Assembly (NCBI GenBank): GCA_041659805.1
Contig: JBAZXP010000001.1
Location: 640,589 to 704,588 of the forward strand
DNA length: 64,000 nucleotides
Source: Microgenomates group bacterium
GTDB taxonomy: Bacteria > Patescibacteriota > Microgenomatia > Daviesbacterales > UBA10151
Direction of reading: 5' to 3'
Part shown: piece by piece, positions 1 to 8,750 of the stretch
How positions within the stretch are numbered: position 1 is the stretch's first letter
How the letters are laid out: each line of letters opens with the position of its first letter
Notes under the pieces: generated by a model
Database searches by the model: none
Told to the model about the DNA's origin: nothing
The model's input: the letters and a program-made list of their open reading frames with translations, nothing else
Position numbers and translations under genes: made by a program

Positions 1-422
1 TTAATGGAATACCCGCCATCCTTTAAAATCTTTTTAGAGTTAATTATAAAATTGGGGACACCTTCTAGATGTTCGAGAACATAACGGGAAACGACTAAAT
101 CTACTGATTGAGGTTTAAGGGGTAATGGTTTATTAATATCTGCGACTAATGTTTTGTTTGCACTAATGTTTTTTTCTAATTCGCTTTCATCTTCATCGAC
201 TACTATTAATTGATTTTTTAGTTTTTTGTTAAGATATTTTACAAAAGGGCTTGATCTTCCTCCTCCAAGATCTACAATCACCTGATTTTTTTGTTTGTTT
301 GCATATTCTGAAACTATCTGGGAATATTTATCAGTAATGTCTGGTTTTGCATGAGGAAGCATCTTTTCTATTTTTCTGCTGATATTTTGATTTAATTCAA
401 TAAATTTTTTTAACTGATTCAT
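1..422 (-). CDS. Class I SAM-dependent methyltransferase. The 3' end runs out of the window; the start codon is at 420-422.
   Basis: Minus-strand ORF begins MNQLKKFIELNQ... It contains VVDLGGGRS (a glycine-rich SAM motif-I-like stretch), DLVVSRYVLEHL and KDGGYSI (post-motif II-like). It lies immediately upstream and divergent of the Wzm/Wzt pair, which fits a glycan-modifying methyltransferase. Confidence 0.5.
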   Translation of the reverse strand, partial: MNQLKKFIELNQNISRKIEKMLPHAKPDITDKYSQIVSEYANKQKNQVIVDLGGGRSSPFVKYLNKKLKNQLIVVDEDESELEKNISANKTLVADINKPLPLKPQSVDLVVSRYVLEHLEGVPNFIINSKKILKDGGYSI

Positions 423-487
423 ATATTGTTAACCTTGATTTATTATACCTTTAAACTTAAAATTGATTCCAGGCTTATAGGGAAAAA

Positions 488-1270
488 ATGATTATACAAA
501 AAAATAAAATATTTAAGTATAAGGATTTGTTTTGGCAATTAACTTTGCGAGACATTAAGGCAAAATATAAACAATCTTATCTGGGTTATTCCTGGGTAAT
601 TTTAGTGCCTTTAATTAATTTAACTGTGCTCAGCATTGTATTTACTTTTGTTTTTAAAGTTCCGACTGGACCGGTTCCGTATCCTGTTTATTTATTTACC
701 GCGCTTGTTCCCTGGCTGTTTATGTCAAATGCTATAGTTGCAGCAACCGGAAGTGTTTTAGCAAATTCATCGCTTGTCACAAAAATATATTTACCCAGAG
801 AAATTTTGCCGTTATCGGCGATTGCGTCAAAATTGGTTGATTTATTTTTAACTGCGGTCATATTGGGATTATTTATGATTCTTTTTAGAGTTCCTTTCCA
901 TACTTCAATTCTATTCGTTCCCATAATTTTATTTATTCAAGTGATGTTGATAACAGGTATATCTTTTATTCTTTCTGCCAGCAATGTTTTCTATAGAGAT
1001 ATAGAACATGCAATCGGAGTAATACTCGGTGTTTGGATGTATCTAACGCCTGTTGTTTATTCTCCTGATTTAATTCCACCTGATTTAAAAATATTTTTTT
1101 ATTTAAACCCGATGAGTGGAATAATTGATGCTTATAGAGCAACCATCCTATACGGTGTTATTCCTTTATGGCCGGCATTTTTATATTCTTTCCTTTTTTC
1201 ACTTATTATTTTTATAGTGGGCTATTTTTATTTTAGAGCTAATGCCAAATATTTTGCAGAAGTAATATAA
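488..1270 (+). CDS. ABC-2 type polysaccharide/O-antigen export permease (Wzm/TagG/KpsM-like)
   Basis: A 260-aa product with about 6 TM segments and the ABC-2 family N-terminus (KDLFWQLTLRDIKAKYKQSYLGYSWVIL). It is immediately followed by its ATPase partner. Confidence 0.8.
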   Translation: MIIQKNKIFKYKDLFWQLTLRDIKAKYKQSYLGYSWVILVPLINLTVLSIVFTFVFKVPTGPVPYPVYLFTALVPWLFMSNAIVAATGSVLANSSLVTKIYLPREILPLSAIASKLVDLFLTAVILGLFMILFRVPFHTSILFVPIILFIQVMLITGISFILSASNVFYRDIEHAIGVILGVWMYLTPVVYSPDLIPPDLKIFFYLNPMSGIIDAYRATILYGVIPLWPAFLYSFLFSLIIFIVGYFYFRANAKYFAEVI

Positions 1271-1272
1271 AT

Positions 1273-2004
1273 ATGGGCGAAAACTTTGTAATCAAATTAG
1301 ATAATGTTAGTAAAAAATTTAAGCGTGGGCATAGACTTCTTTTGAAGGAAGCTTTGTTAGATTTATTTAGAGCGCCAAGACAAGAGGATTTTTGGGCATT
1401 GAAAAGCGTAAGTTTTAAAATCAAAAAAGGGGAATCCATAGGAATAATTGGAAGCAACGGTTCCGGGAAAAGCACGATTTTAAAACTGATCGCAGGTGTT
1501 TTGACGCCAACTCATGGAACGATTAAAGTACAGGGTAAGATAGGCCCTTTAATAGAACTTGGCGCAGGATTCCATCCGGAATTAACAGGTCGGGAGAATA
1601 TATATTTAAACGGGACTATTTTGGGGTTATCTATAAAAGAAATCGATGCTAAATTTGATGAGATTGTTAATTTCTCAGAACTTTCAGATTTTATCGATAC
1701 TCCTGTTAAACATTATTCTTCAGGTATGTATATGAGGTTAGGTTTTGCTATAGCTGTTCATGTTGAACCGGACATATTGTTGGTTGATGAAATTTTATCA
1801 GTTGGCGACATTGGTTTTCAAAAGAAATGTTTGGATAAAATGAAGGAATTTCACAAAAACGGGGTTACGGTTATAGTTATCTCCCATTCTCCGGATTTAA
1901 TTAAATCCTTTTGTAAAAAAGTTTTTTTAATAAATCAGGGGAAAATTATTGGTGTGGGATTAACAGAAAACATAATTAAAAAATATAATAAATTAATAAA
2001 TTAA
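1273..2004 (+). CDS. ABC transporter ATP-binding protein (Wzt/TagH/KpsT-like) with no C-terminal carbohydrate-binding extension
   Basis: Walker A is GSNGSGKST, the ABC signature is YSSGMYMRLGFA, and Walker B is ILLVDE. It starts 3 nt after the permease stop. Confidence 0.85.
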   Translation: MGENFVIKLDNVSKKFKRGHRLLLKEALLDLFRAPRQEDFWALKSVSFKIKKGESIGIIGSNGSGKSTILKLIAGVLTPTHGTIKVQGKIGPLIELGAGFHPELTGRENIYLNGTILGLSIKEIDAKFDEIVNFSELSDFIDTPVKHYSSGMYMRLGFAIAVHVEPDILLVDEILSVGDIGFQKKCLDKMKEFHKNGVTVIVISHSPDLIKSFCKKVFLINQGKIIGVGLTENIIKKYNKLIN

Positions 2005-2043
2005 AAATAATATTCAATTGGTACCTTTATTTATCAAATTCAT

Positions 2044-2451
2044 ATGACTACTAAATCCATTGTTTCTTTCTTTGATAAAGATCCTCTTTTAAGTAAACTA
2101 ATTTCTTTTTTGCGTAAATTAAAACACAAGCTTTATCGCTTGAAAAAGGCTTTTTATTATAGAAGCTCAATTCTTATTAAAGAGGATCTTTACGAAAGAG
2201 ACTTTATTTTTCTAAAAAAGGAAACAAATAAATGGGTAGCATTAGATTTTGAAAATGTAGGAAATGATTTATATATAAAAATTAAAAGATTAAAAGATGG
2301 AAAGATATTTTTACTCGATCAACCTTTTTTTTATACTTTACAGCTTGGGATGACTAAAAACGCCTCTACAGAAGTAGAATTTGTATATGCCGTAAAGAAA
2401 TATACATACAACAATATATTAAAAACATTAAAAATCCTTAATCTATGCTAA
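2044..2451 (+). CDS. Hypothetical protein inside the glycan cluster
   Basis: A 135-aa ORF in the same orientation and spacing as the cluster. No recognisable motif. Confidence 0.3.
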   Translation: MTTKSIVSFFDKDPLLSKLISFLRKLKHKLYRLKKAFYYRSSILIKEDLYERDFIFLKKETNKWVALDFENVGNDLYIKIKRLKDGKIFLLDQPFFYTLQLGMTKNASTEVEFVYAVKKYTYNNILKTLKILNLC

Positions 2452-3635
2452 AGAATATATTACTTGTAAATATCGCTTATCCCCCACACCACTATGGTGG
2501 ATCAGGAATTAATATCAAGAATCTTACCGTTTTTTTACAAGATCTTGGTTACAATGTGTTCGTATTTACCGGAGGAAGAAGGGAAGAAATAGTTAATGAT
2601 AGCGGAGTTATAATTTATAGAAATAAAAGTCATGTTCAGGAAAACTCTCCGCTTTCCAATTCTAATTATTTAAGAAAAGTTTTAGAAAGAAAATTTATCA
2701 ATATAATTAAAAAAAATAATATTAATATAGTTCATTTTAATTCCATCCAGGGTTTAGGGGCAAATCTTATTAAGTTATCTTTGAAACTTGATATAAAGAC
2801 TTTTCTTACAATGCACGATTTTTGGTGGATTTGTCCTTCACTTTTCTTAAAGAGTTCTCATAGCCAAACAGTTCCTTTTCATAATCATGAGCAATTTTGT
2901 TACAAAGGTTCTTATGCAGAGAGGCTCCTAAAAAGAAAACAATATTTATATGAGATCTTAAAAGAAAATAAGCTTAAAATTATTTCTGTTTCAGAATCCG
3001 CAAAAAAGGCATTGATTTATCTTGGGTTACCAAATGCAAAAAATTATTTAGTTGTAGAGAATGGGATAATACCCTGTACTTTTGATAAAGTTAATTTAAC
3101 CGAAAAAAAAGAAGGAAAAGTGGTATTTTCTTTTTTGGGTGGTGTTGATATATCGGTGAAAGGGTTTCATTTAATATATGGAGCGTCAAGCTATCTTAAA
3201 CTAAATACAGATAAATATGAGATTAGGTGCTATCGTGTTTTAGATCATGCTTTAAAAACCATCTTTAATTATAATTCTCTCCGTAAACGTAATATAAAAC
3301 TATTTGGCACGTTTGATAACTCGAAAATTTATCAAATCTTATCAGAAACGGACTGTCTTATTGTTCCGAGTCAAGCCTATGAAACTTTTTCGATGAGTGC
3401 AAGGGAGGCTTTATTTGCAGAAAAAATATTAATTTCTTCCGGAATGGGTGCACTTTCAGAAATTCCTTCACCGAAACATATTATCTTTAATAAAAACTCG
3501 TCCCAAGATTTAGCAGAAAAGATGTTTGATGTAATTAATAATATAGATAGTCTTAGGACAAGAGATAGTGGTTTGCAAATTAAGACTCTTAGTGACCAGG
3601 CAAAGAATCTTCATATTTTATATCAGGGAAATTAA
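2445..3635 (+). CDS. Glycosyltransferase (GT4-like, group 1)
   Basis: A 396-aa product whose N-terminus (LLVNIAYPPHHYGGSGINIKNL) is typical of GT-B/GT4 enzymes. It sits in the glycan cluster. Confidence 0.55.
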   Translation: MLKNILLVNIAYPPHHYGGSGINIKNLTVFLQDLGYNVFVFTGGRREEIVNDSGVIIYRNKSHVQENSPLSNSNYLRKVLERKFINIIKKNNINIVHFNSIQGLGANLIKLSLKLDIKTFLTMHDFWWICPSLFLKSSHSQTVPFHNHEQFCYKGSYAERLLKRKQYLYEILKENKLKIISVSESAKKALIYLGLPNAKNYLVVENGIIPCTFDKVNLTEKKEGKVVFSFLGGVDISVKGFHLIYGASSYLKLNTDKYEIRCYRVLDHALKTIFNYNSLRKRNIKLFGTFDNSKIYQILSETDCLIVPSQAYETFSMSAREALFAEKILISSGMGALSEIPSPKHIIFNKNSSQDLAEKMFDVINNIDSLRTRDSGLQIKTLSDQAKNLHILYQGN

Positions 3636-3636
3636 A

Positions 3637-4674
3637 ATGATAAGTATTGTTATTGTAAATTTTAATGGCGGAATAAAGGTTGTGAAATCGGTAAGAAGTG
3701 TGTTGGCTCAAGCGCACCGTGATTATGAGTTGATTGTTGTAGATAATGGATCGACCGATAATTCGAAAGATGAAATTATTCAAAAATTTTCCGGAAAAAT
3801 TAAATTAATTGAATTGAAAAAAAATTTTGGTTTCACAAAAGGATGTAATTTGGGGATATCTGAAAGTAAAGGAGAGTATATTATGTTCCTGAATAATGAT
3901 GCTTATTTGTCAGGCAAAAACTTTCTTGTTATTGCAGAAAATATTTTAAAAAAATCCAAAAATAATATTTGTGGGATTTTCCCGAAAGTTTTTTTTAATT
4001 GGGAAAAAAACGTATTAAACAGTACTTATGCAATATGGCATAAAGATATACTGTGGTTTGACGAACATATAGGTTCGGTAGATCCTGAATTATTAAGTTT
4101 GGATGATCAACAGAAGGAAGTGTTTGGGGCAATGTTTATTGCACCAATATTTAAAAAAAGTATTCTTGAAAGCAGCGGTGGATTTGACGAGATGTTATTT
4201 ACTTACGGTGAAGATTTTGATTTATCTTACCGCATGAATATTTACGGATATAAATTTTTGTATACGCCTTTAATTAAGGTTTATCATGATTATAGATCTT
4301 CGTCGTTAGACGAGATTCAACCGCTTTGGTCGTATTTTTATTTTTTACGGAATTATTTAATTGTTATTCTTAAAAATTATGAACTGAAAAATATTATCGG
4401 TAAATTTTCAAGTTATACCTATCATTTCAGGGTTGCTTTAAAACATTCGATTAAATTTAAAGAGTGGCGGAAAATGTTGTTAATGCTCAAAATTCTTATT
4501 AGTCTTTTGTTTTTGGCCCCATTAATTATTAAAAAAAGATTAGAGATACAGCGTAAACGAAAATTTAATGATGTAAAAATTTGGTCGAATGAGTTTGTAA
4601 TTAACTATAATCCCAATTTTTATAATTCACATATTGTTTTAAATTCCGGAAATGTTACTAAAATAAGAAAATAA
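3637..4674 (+). CDS. Glycosyltransferase family 2
   Basis: ATG at 3637. The start MISIVIVNFNGG...VLAQAHRDYELIVVDNGSTDNS is the GT2 N-terminal signature. DxD-like motifs are present (FLNNDAY, GEDFDLSYR). Confidence 0.75.
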   Translation: MISIVIVNFNGGIKVVKSVRSVLAQAHRDYELIVVDNGSTDNSKDEIIQKFSGKIKLIELKKNFGFTKGCNLGISESKGEYIMFLNNDAYLSGKNFLVIAENILKKSKNNICGIFPKVFFNWEKNVLNSTYAIWHKDILWFDEHIGSVDPELLSLDDQQKEVFGAMFIAPIFKKSILESSGGFDEMLFTYGEDFDLSYRMNIYGYKFLYTPLIKVYHDYRSSSLDEIQPLWSYFYFLRNYLIVILKNYELKNIIGKFSSYTYHFRVALKHSIKFKEWRKMLLMLKILISLLFLAPLIIKKRLEIQRKRKFNDVKIWSNEFVINYNPNFYNSHIVLNSGNVTKIRK

Positions 4675-4676
4675 AT

Positions 4677-6101
4677 ATGAATAAGGAAAAATTTCTTAAA
4701 AAGAATGAGTTATGGGTATGGGGCCTTCTTTCTTTTTTACTATTTTTGAAATTCATTTTTGTTACAAGTTTGGATAGGAATAATTTTTTACTAACATATC
4801 CGTATTTTACCCCGGACAGCTACCGCTTATTGGCGTCAGGAATAAGGTTGTTTGATTCGGCAAATCCCACATTTCATAATTTCGGCTTTTCGTTTATTGT
4901 TAATCTTTTACATTCATTTAATTCACTTTTCCTCTTGGTTTTGATAAATCATTTGGTCTTTTTAGGAATAATTTTTTTTGTATTTAAAATTTCTAAACTT
5001 CTAACGAACAGCTTTTATTGGAGTTTTTTAGTTGTTATATTCATGTTTTTAAATTATAATCTTCAAATTTTTGCAAATTATATTTTAGCGGATTATTATG
5101 CAATATTTTTTATTGCTGTGTCTTCCTATCTGTTAATTTCTGAAAGGATTAGATTATCCTTTTTTTTGCTGGGAATTTCTGGATTATTTCAAAATTTAGC
5201 ATTTATTATTTCTCCTGTTTGGTTTCTGTATTTATATTATATAAAAAATGTCTCAGCAGGTTTTATACTAGGTAGTTTTAATAAGCTCGCTGTTTTATTT
5301 TTACTATTGTTAGGTTTTAATCTACCTTGGTATTTATATAAAATATTTAATTTCGGTAATCCTTTTTATTCAAAAGTTGATCAATTTCATTTGCTTCAAC
5401 CGAATTTTAACTCATTATTCTTCTACTTTATTAATGCATATACTTTATTCGGCGCAATGTTCTTTTTAGTTGTTTATTCGTTATTAACCCGATATAAATC
5501 ATATTTATTTGATAGAAAAACCCTTTTTTTAACTTTAGGGTTTTTTACAACACTTCTTTTTTGGACAGTTTTTTACGAATGGAATGACAGAAGATTTTTG
5601 CTCTATTTGGTTCCTTTCGTATACCCCCTGTTTGCACTGTATTTAAAAAATACTTTTACAAGTAAAATTAATTTTAAATTTATAATTGTCATTCTATTAT
5701 TGCTATATCCTACAAGTATTTCATTGGGATCTTTTTTTAACAGTAATACAATTATGATAACAAACTGGGATAAAATAACCTTTTATGCTTTCTCTGACGA
5801 GATACAACAAGCGCATATATCTTTTCCTATAAAATACGAGCATGCGCATTTTACAGCTGTACGAGCTTTGAATATAGTTTATATCGAGTCCATAGGTCAT
5901 TATTTTGTAGCACCAAAAGTAGTAGGGACACTATATTCTAAATATCGAATTATTATAGAAAAAGGATATAACAAAAACACAAATGAGATTTGTATAGGGG
6001 ATAATGAGATTTCAGCATATGAGTTTAGTAATATTTTATTGATTATAAAAAATATAAATTTAGATAATATTAAATTAGTCAAAAATTGTTCACCTAAATG
6101 A
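4677..6101 (+). CDS. Polytopic membrane protein. It may be a GT-C-type glycosyltransferase or an O-antigen polymerase/ligase-like protein.
   Basis: A 474-aa product with more than 10 predicted TM helices throughout, rich in F/L/Y. It lies between two GT2 genes in the glycan cluster. Confidence 0.4.
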   Translation: MNKEKFLKKNELWVWGLLSFLLFLKFIFVTSLDRNNFLLTYPYFTPDSYRLLASGIRLFDSANPTFHNFGFSFIVNLLHSFNSLFLLVLINHLVFLGIIFFVFKISKLLTNSFYWSFLVVIFMFLNYNLQIFANYILADYYAIFFIAVSSYLLISERIRLSFFLLGISGLFQNLAFIISPVWFLYLYYIKNVSAGFILGSFNKLAVLFLLLLGFNLPWYLYKIFNFGNPFYSKVDQFHLLQPNFNSLFFYFINAYTLFGAMFFLVVYSLLTRYKSYLFDRKTLFLTLGFFTTLLFWTVFYEWNDRRFLLYLVPFVYPLFALYLKNTFTSKINFKFIIVILLLLYPTSISLGSFFNSNTIMITNWDKITFYAFSDEIQQAHISFPIKYEHAHFTAVRALNIVYIESIGHYFVAPKVVGTLYSKYRIIIEKGYNKNTNEICIGDNEISAYEFSNILLIIKNINLDNIKLVKNCSPK

Positions 6102-7078
6102 AATCGATGAAAAAAGATATGCTAGTTTCTGTTGTCATACCATCTTGGAATGGCATTGAATTGCTTAATGATTGTTTATTGTCTTTAGAGAAGCAGTCGT
6201 ATAAGTCTTTAGAGGTTATTGTTGTCGACAATGGATCTTCTGATGATTCAGTTAAATATATAAAATCAAATTTTCCAAAGTTTAAAGTAGTCGAGCTTTC
6301 ATATAATCAGGGTTTCTCTGTAGCAGTGAATATTGGGATTAAGAAATCTTTGGGCGAGTATATTTTTATACTTAATAACGATACAGAAGTAGATAAAAAT
6401 TGTATTTTACATTTGGTCAAAGCACTAAGTAAAAACCAGGAAGTAGGAATGATGGCATCTAAGATTTTAAATTTTTATCAAAGAGATTTTATTGATAATG
6501 CAGGAGATGAGCTGGATACTGTAGGACATTTATTGGTTAAAGGATATGGAAAAAAAGACGGATTAAAGTTTAGTAAACAATATTCTTTATTTTTAGTATC
6601 CGGCGGAGGAAGTTTATTCAAGAGGGAGGTATTTGAAAAGATTGGATATTTTGATGAAAGTTATTTTATGTATATGGAAGATGCTGATTTATGCTTTAGA
6701 GCACAGTTGGCAGGATTTAGAGCTTTATTTGAGCCAAGGGCGATAATTTATCATAAAAGAATGGCTACTTCTTCAAAGAATCTTTCACTAGTTGAATGTT
6801 TAAATTTCCGTAACATGACTATGAATATAATCAAGGATTTTCCGGTTGCTTTGCTGATGCACAATTTTAATTGGTTAAAAATTATTTTGGTTAATTTAAA
6901 TACCTTGAAATACTTAATTGGTAAGGGTTATTTGATGGGAGCTTTAAAAGCTGAGTGGTTTATACTTTGTAATTTAAGGGTATTATTTGAAAAAAGAAAA
7001 ATTATACAAAAATCAAAAATTGTATCAGACCAATATATTATTAAAAATGTTAAAGAGAAGAGATGCAATATTTTTTAA
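6098..7078 (+). CDS. Glycosyltransferase family 2 (rhamnosyl/glucosyltransferase-like)
   Basis: VSVVIPSWNGIELLNDCLLSLEKQSYKSLEVIVVDNGSSDDS, a DxD motif (NNDTEVD) and a C-terminal MYMEDADLCFRA motif typical of GT2. Confidence 0.8.
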   Translation: MKSMKKDMLVSVVIPSWNGIELLNDCLLSLEKQSYKSLEVIVVDNGSSDDSVKYIKSNFPKFKVVELSYNQGFSVAVNIGIKKSLGEYIFILNNDTEVDKNCILHLVKALSKNQEVGMMASKILNFYQRDFIDNAGDELDTVGHLLVKGYGKKDGLKFSKQYSLFLVSGGGSLFKREVFEKIGYFDESYFMYMEDADLCFRAQLAGFRALFEPRAIIYHKRMATSSKNLSLVECLNFRNMTMNIIKDFPVALLMHNFNWLKIILVNLNTLKYLIGKGYLMGALKAEWFILCNLRVLFEKRKIIQKSKIVSDQYIIKNVKEKRCNIF

Positions 7079-7815
7079 CTTGTGTATTTTACTTTGCGTG
7101 TTAGTTGGGTGATGTTCCCTGCTTTGTCAGTTGCAATAATAGTTATGGTATTGTCTCCTTCATTTATTTCTATAATCTGAGAGAAGGCACCATCGCCGTC
7201 AACTATAGCTCTGCTGCCGTTAATTGTAATAGTAATATCTTTGTCTGAATTAGTCTTGCCACTGACTGTTATTTTTTTATCTCCGCCTTTAATTTCTGTA
7301 TTATCTGTAGGTGACTGTATGTCTAATTTGGGTTTTTCGTTTGAATAAATAATATAGATTGGTTTTGAAGAAAGACTTTTATTTCCATTATTATCAATTG
7401 TTACCCCTGAAATACTATTAGAACCGAGACTTAGGTCTATTGGGTTACTGATAAAACTTCCGTCTTCTGAAGTGCTGACAGAAGATTTTAGTTCTCCATC
7501 AAGGTAGATCTCTATTGTTGTGTTCGTCAGGCTGTAACCATGAACTAAAATTGTGGCTGTTGAAGTAGCCTCATATGGGATATTTAAAACAGGAGGAGCA
7601 ACGGATGCGTTTTCTTTTATTGACTCAGGTGCTTTTACAGGTGTTTTAAAACGGTTTAATAAAGAAAGACTGCCGATAAATGTCGGAATAAACCAGACAG
7701 CTAAAATATAAAGAAGAACTGCGCAAATAACAATTGTAAGATAAAAGTTCTTTTTGCTTTTTCTTTCTAATCTTCTTGATAAAAATGATTTATTTGTTGT
7801 GCGTCTATGTTTCAT
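7075..7815 (-). CDS. Membrane-anchored protein with Ig-like/beta-sandwich repeats
   Basis: N-terminal basic stretch plus one TM helix (LTIVICAVLLYILAVWFIPTFIG), then S/T/N/G-rich beta-strand-like repeats (ITVSGKTNSDKDITITINGS, TITIIATDKAGN). Confidence 0.4.
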   Translation of the reverse strand: MKHRRTTNKSFLSRRLERKSKKNFYLTIVICAVLLYILAVWFIPTFIGSLSLLNRFKTPVKAPESIKENASVAPPVLNIPYEATSTATILVHGYSLTNTTIEIYLDGELKSSVSTSEDGSFISNPIDLSLGSNSISGVTIDNNGNKSLSSKPIYIIYSNEKPKLDIQSPTDNTEIKGGDKKITVSGKTNSDKDITITINGSRAIVDGDGAFSQIIEINEGDNTITIIATDKAGNITQLTRKVKYTS

Positions 7816-7840
7816 GTTTTCAGATTCCCATTATTCTCGG

Positions 7841-7912
7841 AGCCAACGGTGAGAATTGAACTCACGACCTATCCCTTACGAAGGGAGTGCTCTACCGCTG
7901 AGCTACGTTGGC
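7841..7912 (-). tRNA. tRNA-Thr (anticodon CGT)
   Basis: The reverse complement reads GCCAACGTAGCTCAGCGGTAGAGCACTCCCTTCGTAAGGGATAGGTCGTGAGTTCAATTCTCACCGTTGGCT. It folds into a cloverleaf with a 7-bp acceptor stem, GCTC/GAGC D-stem, anticodon loop TTCGTAA and TTCAATT T-loop. The anticodon stem has one C-U mismatch. CCA is not encoded. Confidence 0.8.
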
Positions 7913-8097
7913 AGGATTGCCAAACTGCTAATGTATATTTTACAGAAAAAAGCCATATTTTACGAGTGAGTAAAAAAAGAATAAGAGCGGGAGATGCAAG
8001 TTATTCCGAACTATTAGAACGATTCATGTTCGCATGGGATTGGATGGACAGGCTTTATTACGCATACCAAAGTACTTCTCAGGAACCTATAACAGAC

Positions 8098-8106
8098 TGA
8101 TATAAT
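8098..8106 (+). promoter_or_regulatory. Extended -10 promoter element (TGATATAAT) ending 7 nt before the ATG at 8113. The downstream transcript is probably leaderless.
   Basis: TGATATAAT occupies 8098-8106 and the start codon is at 8113. There is no room for a Shine-Dalgarno sequence. Confidence 0.35.
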
Positions 8107-8112
8107 ACTATT

Positions 8113-8745
8113 ATGGCAAAAGTTGATTATAGTGAAGATTATTTTGATCAAGTTAAACAACAGTTTAAAGAATTTACAGAGTTTCGTGCAAAAGTTAGTC
8201 AACAGAGTGAGGATCACCAAATACGAAAAAGGGCAGATTTATTAAATACTTACAATCATATAGTTACTTTTATAGGTATAGTGGCTGGATTCGGATTTAC
8301 AGCCATAGATAAAGTTGAAAACATATACCTATTTCTTATGGGCGAAGCGTTTTTTGTTAGTCTATTTATTTTTAACATTTTTTACTTAAAACAGTTTCAT
8401 ATTACTGAAAGCGAGGCTTTTCAAGATATTAGTGAGAAACTGAATAAAATATTTGATGCAAAAAGTAAGGTATACATAGATTTCTTTATGAAGAAACAAA
8501 GTCGAGCTTTCTTTGAAAAAGCACTCGATGAAGCAGTAGCTAATACTGAGACTCCGAAACCAAAACCTACTAAATTAGATTTAAACTTTCTTTTTAATGT
8601 TTCATTGGTACTCATAGTTATTGGCGGACTTTTCTTGCTTTCATCTTTTGTTAATTGGAATTCTCCGTTTAAGAGCGAAAAATTAAAAAATGGCTCTTGG
8701 CAAGATTATCATCGTTTTTCTGAAAAGCCTAATTTCCGACCATAG
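8113..8745 (+). CDS. Hypothetical 3-TM membrane protein, the first gene of the tRNA-flanked island
   Basis: A 210-aa product. It has a charged N-terminus, then predicted helices IVTFIGIVAGFGFTAI, IYLFLMGEAFFVSLFIFNIFYL and LFNVSLVLIVIGGLFLLSSFV. No known motif. Confidence 0.5.
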   Translation: MAKVDYSEDYFDQVKQQFKEFTEFRAKVSQQSEDHQIRKRADLLNTYNHIVTFIGIVAGFGFTAIDKVENIYLFLMGEAFFVSLFIFNIFYLKQFHITESEAFQDISEKLNKIFDAKSKVYIDFFMKKQSRAFFEKALDEAVANTETPKPKPTKLDLNFLFNVSLVLIVIGGLFLLSSFVNWNSPFKSEKLKNGSWQDYHRFSEKPNFRP

Positions 8746-8750
8746 ATACA

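Noticed and set aside
688-1475. Small antisense ORFs (688-924 minus, 1239-1475 minus) inside the ABC permease and ATPase genes
   Set aside because: They are fully embedded in strongly supported genes on the opposite strand.
3568-3636. N-terminal extension of the GT2 ORF (MVCKLRLLV...)
   Set aside because: It overlaps the GT4 gene end. The ATG at 3637 gives the canonical GT2 N-terminus MISIVIVNFNGG.
7807-8100. 97-aa plus-strand ORF
   Set aside because: It is read straight through the minus-strand tRNA-Thr gene (7841-7912) and its promoter region, so it is a frame artefact.
8690-8750. Upstream alternative start (MALGKIIIV...) for the 600-aa island gene
   Set aside because: It would overlap the preceding gene by 56 nt and add a hydrophobic, non-conserved-looking extension. 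The ATG at 8751 directly after the upstream stop is preferred, although this remains unresolved.
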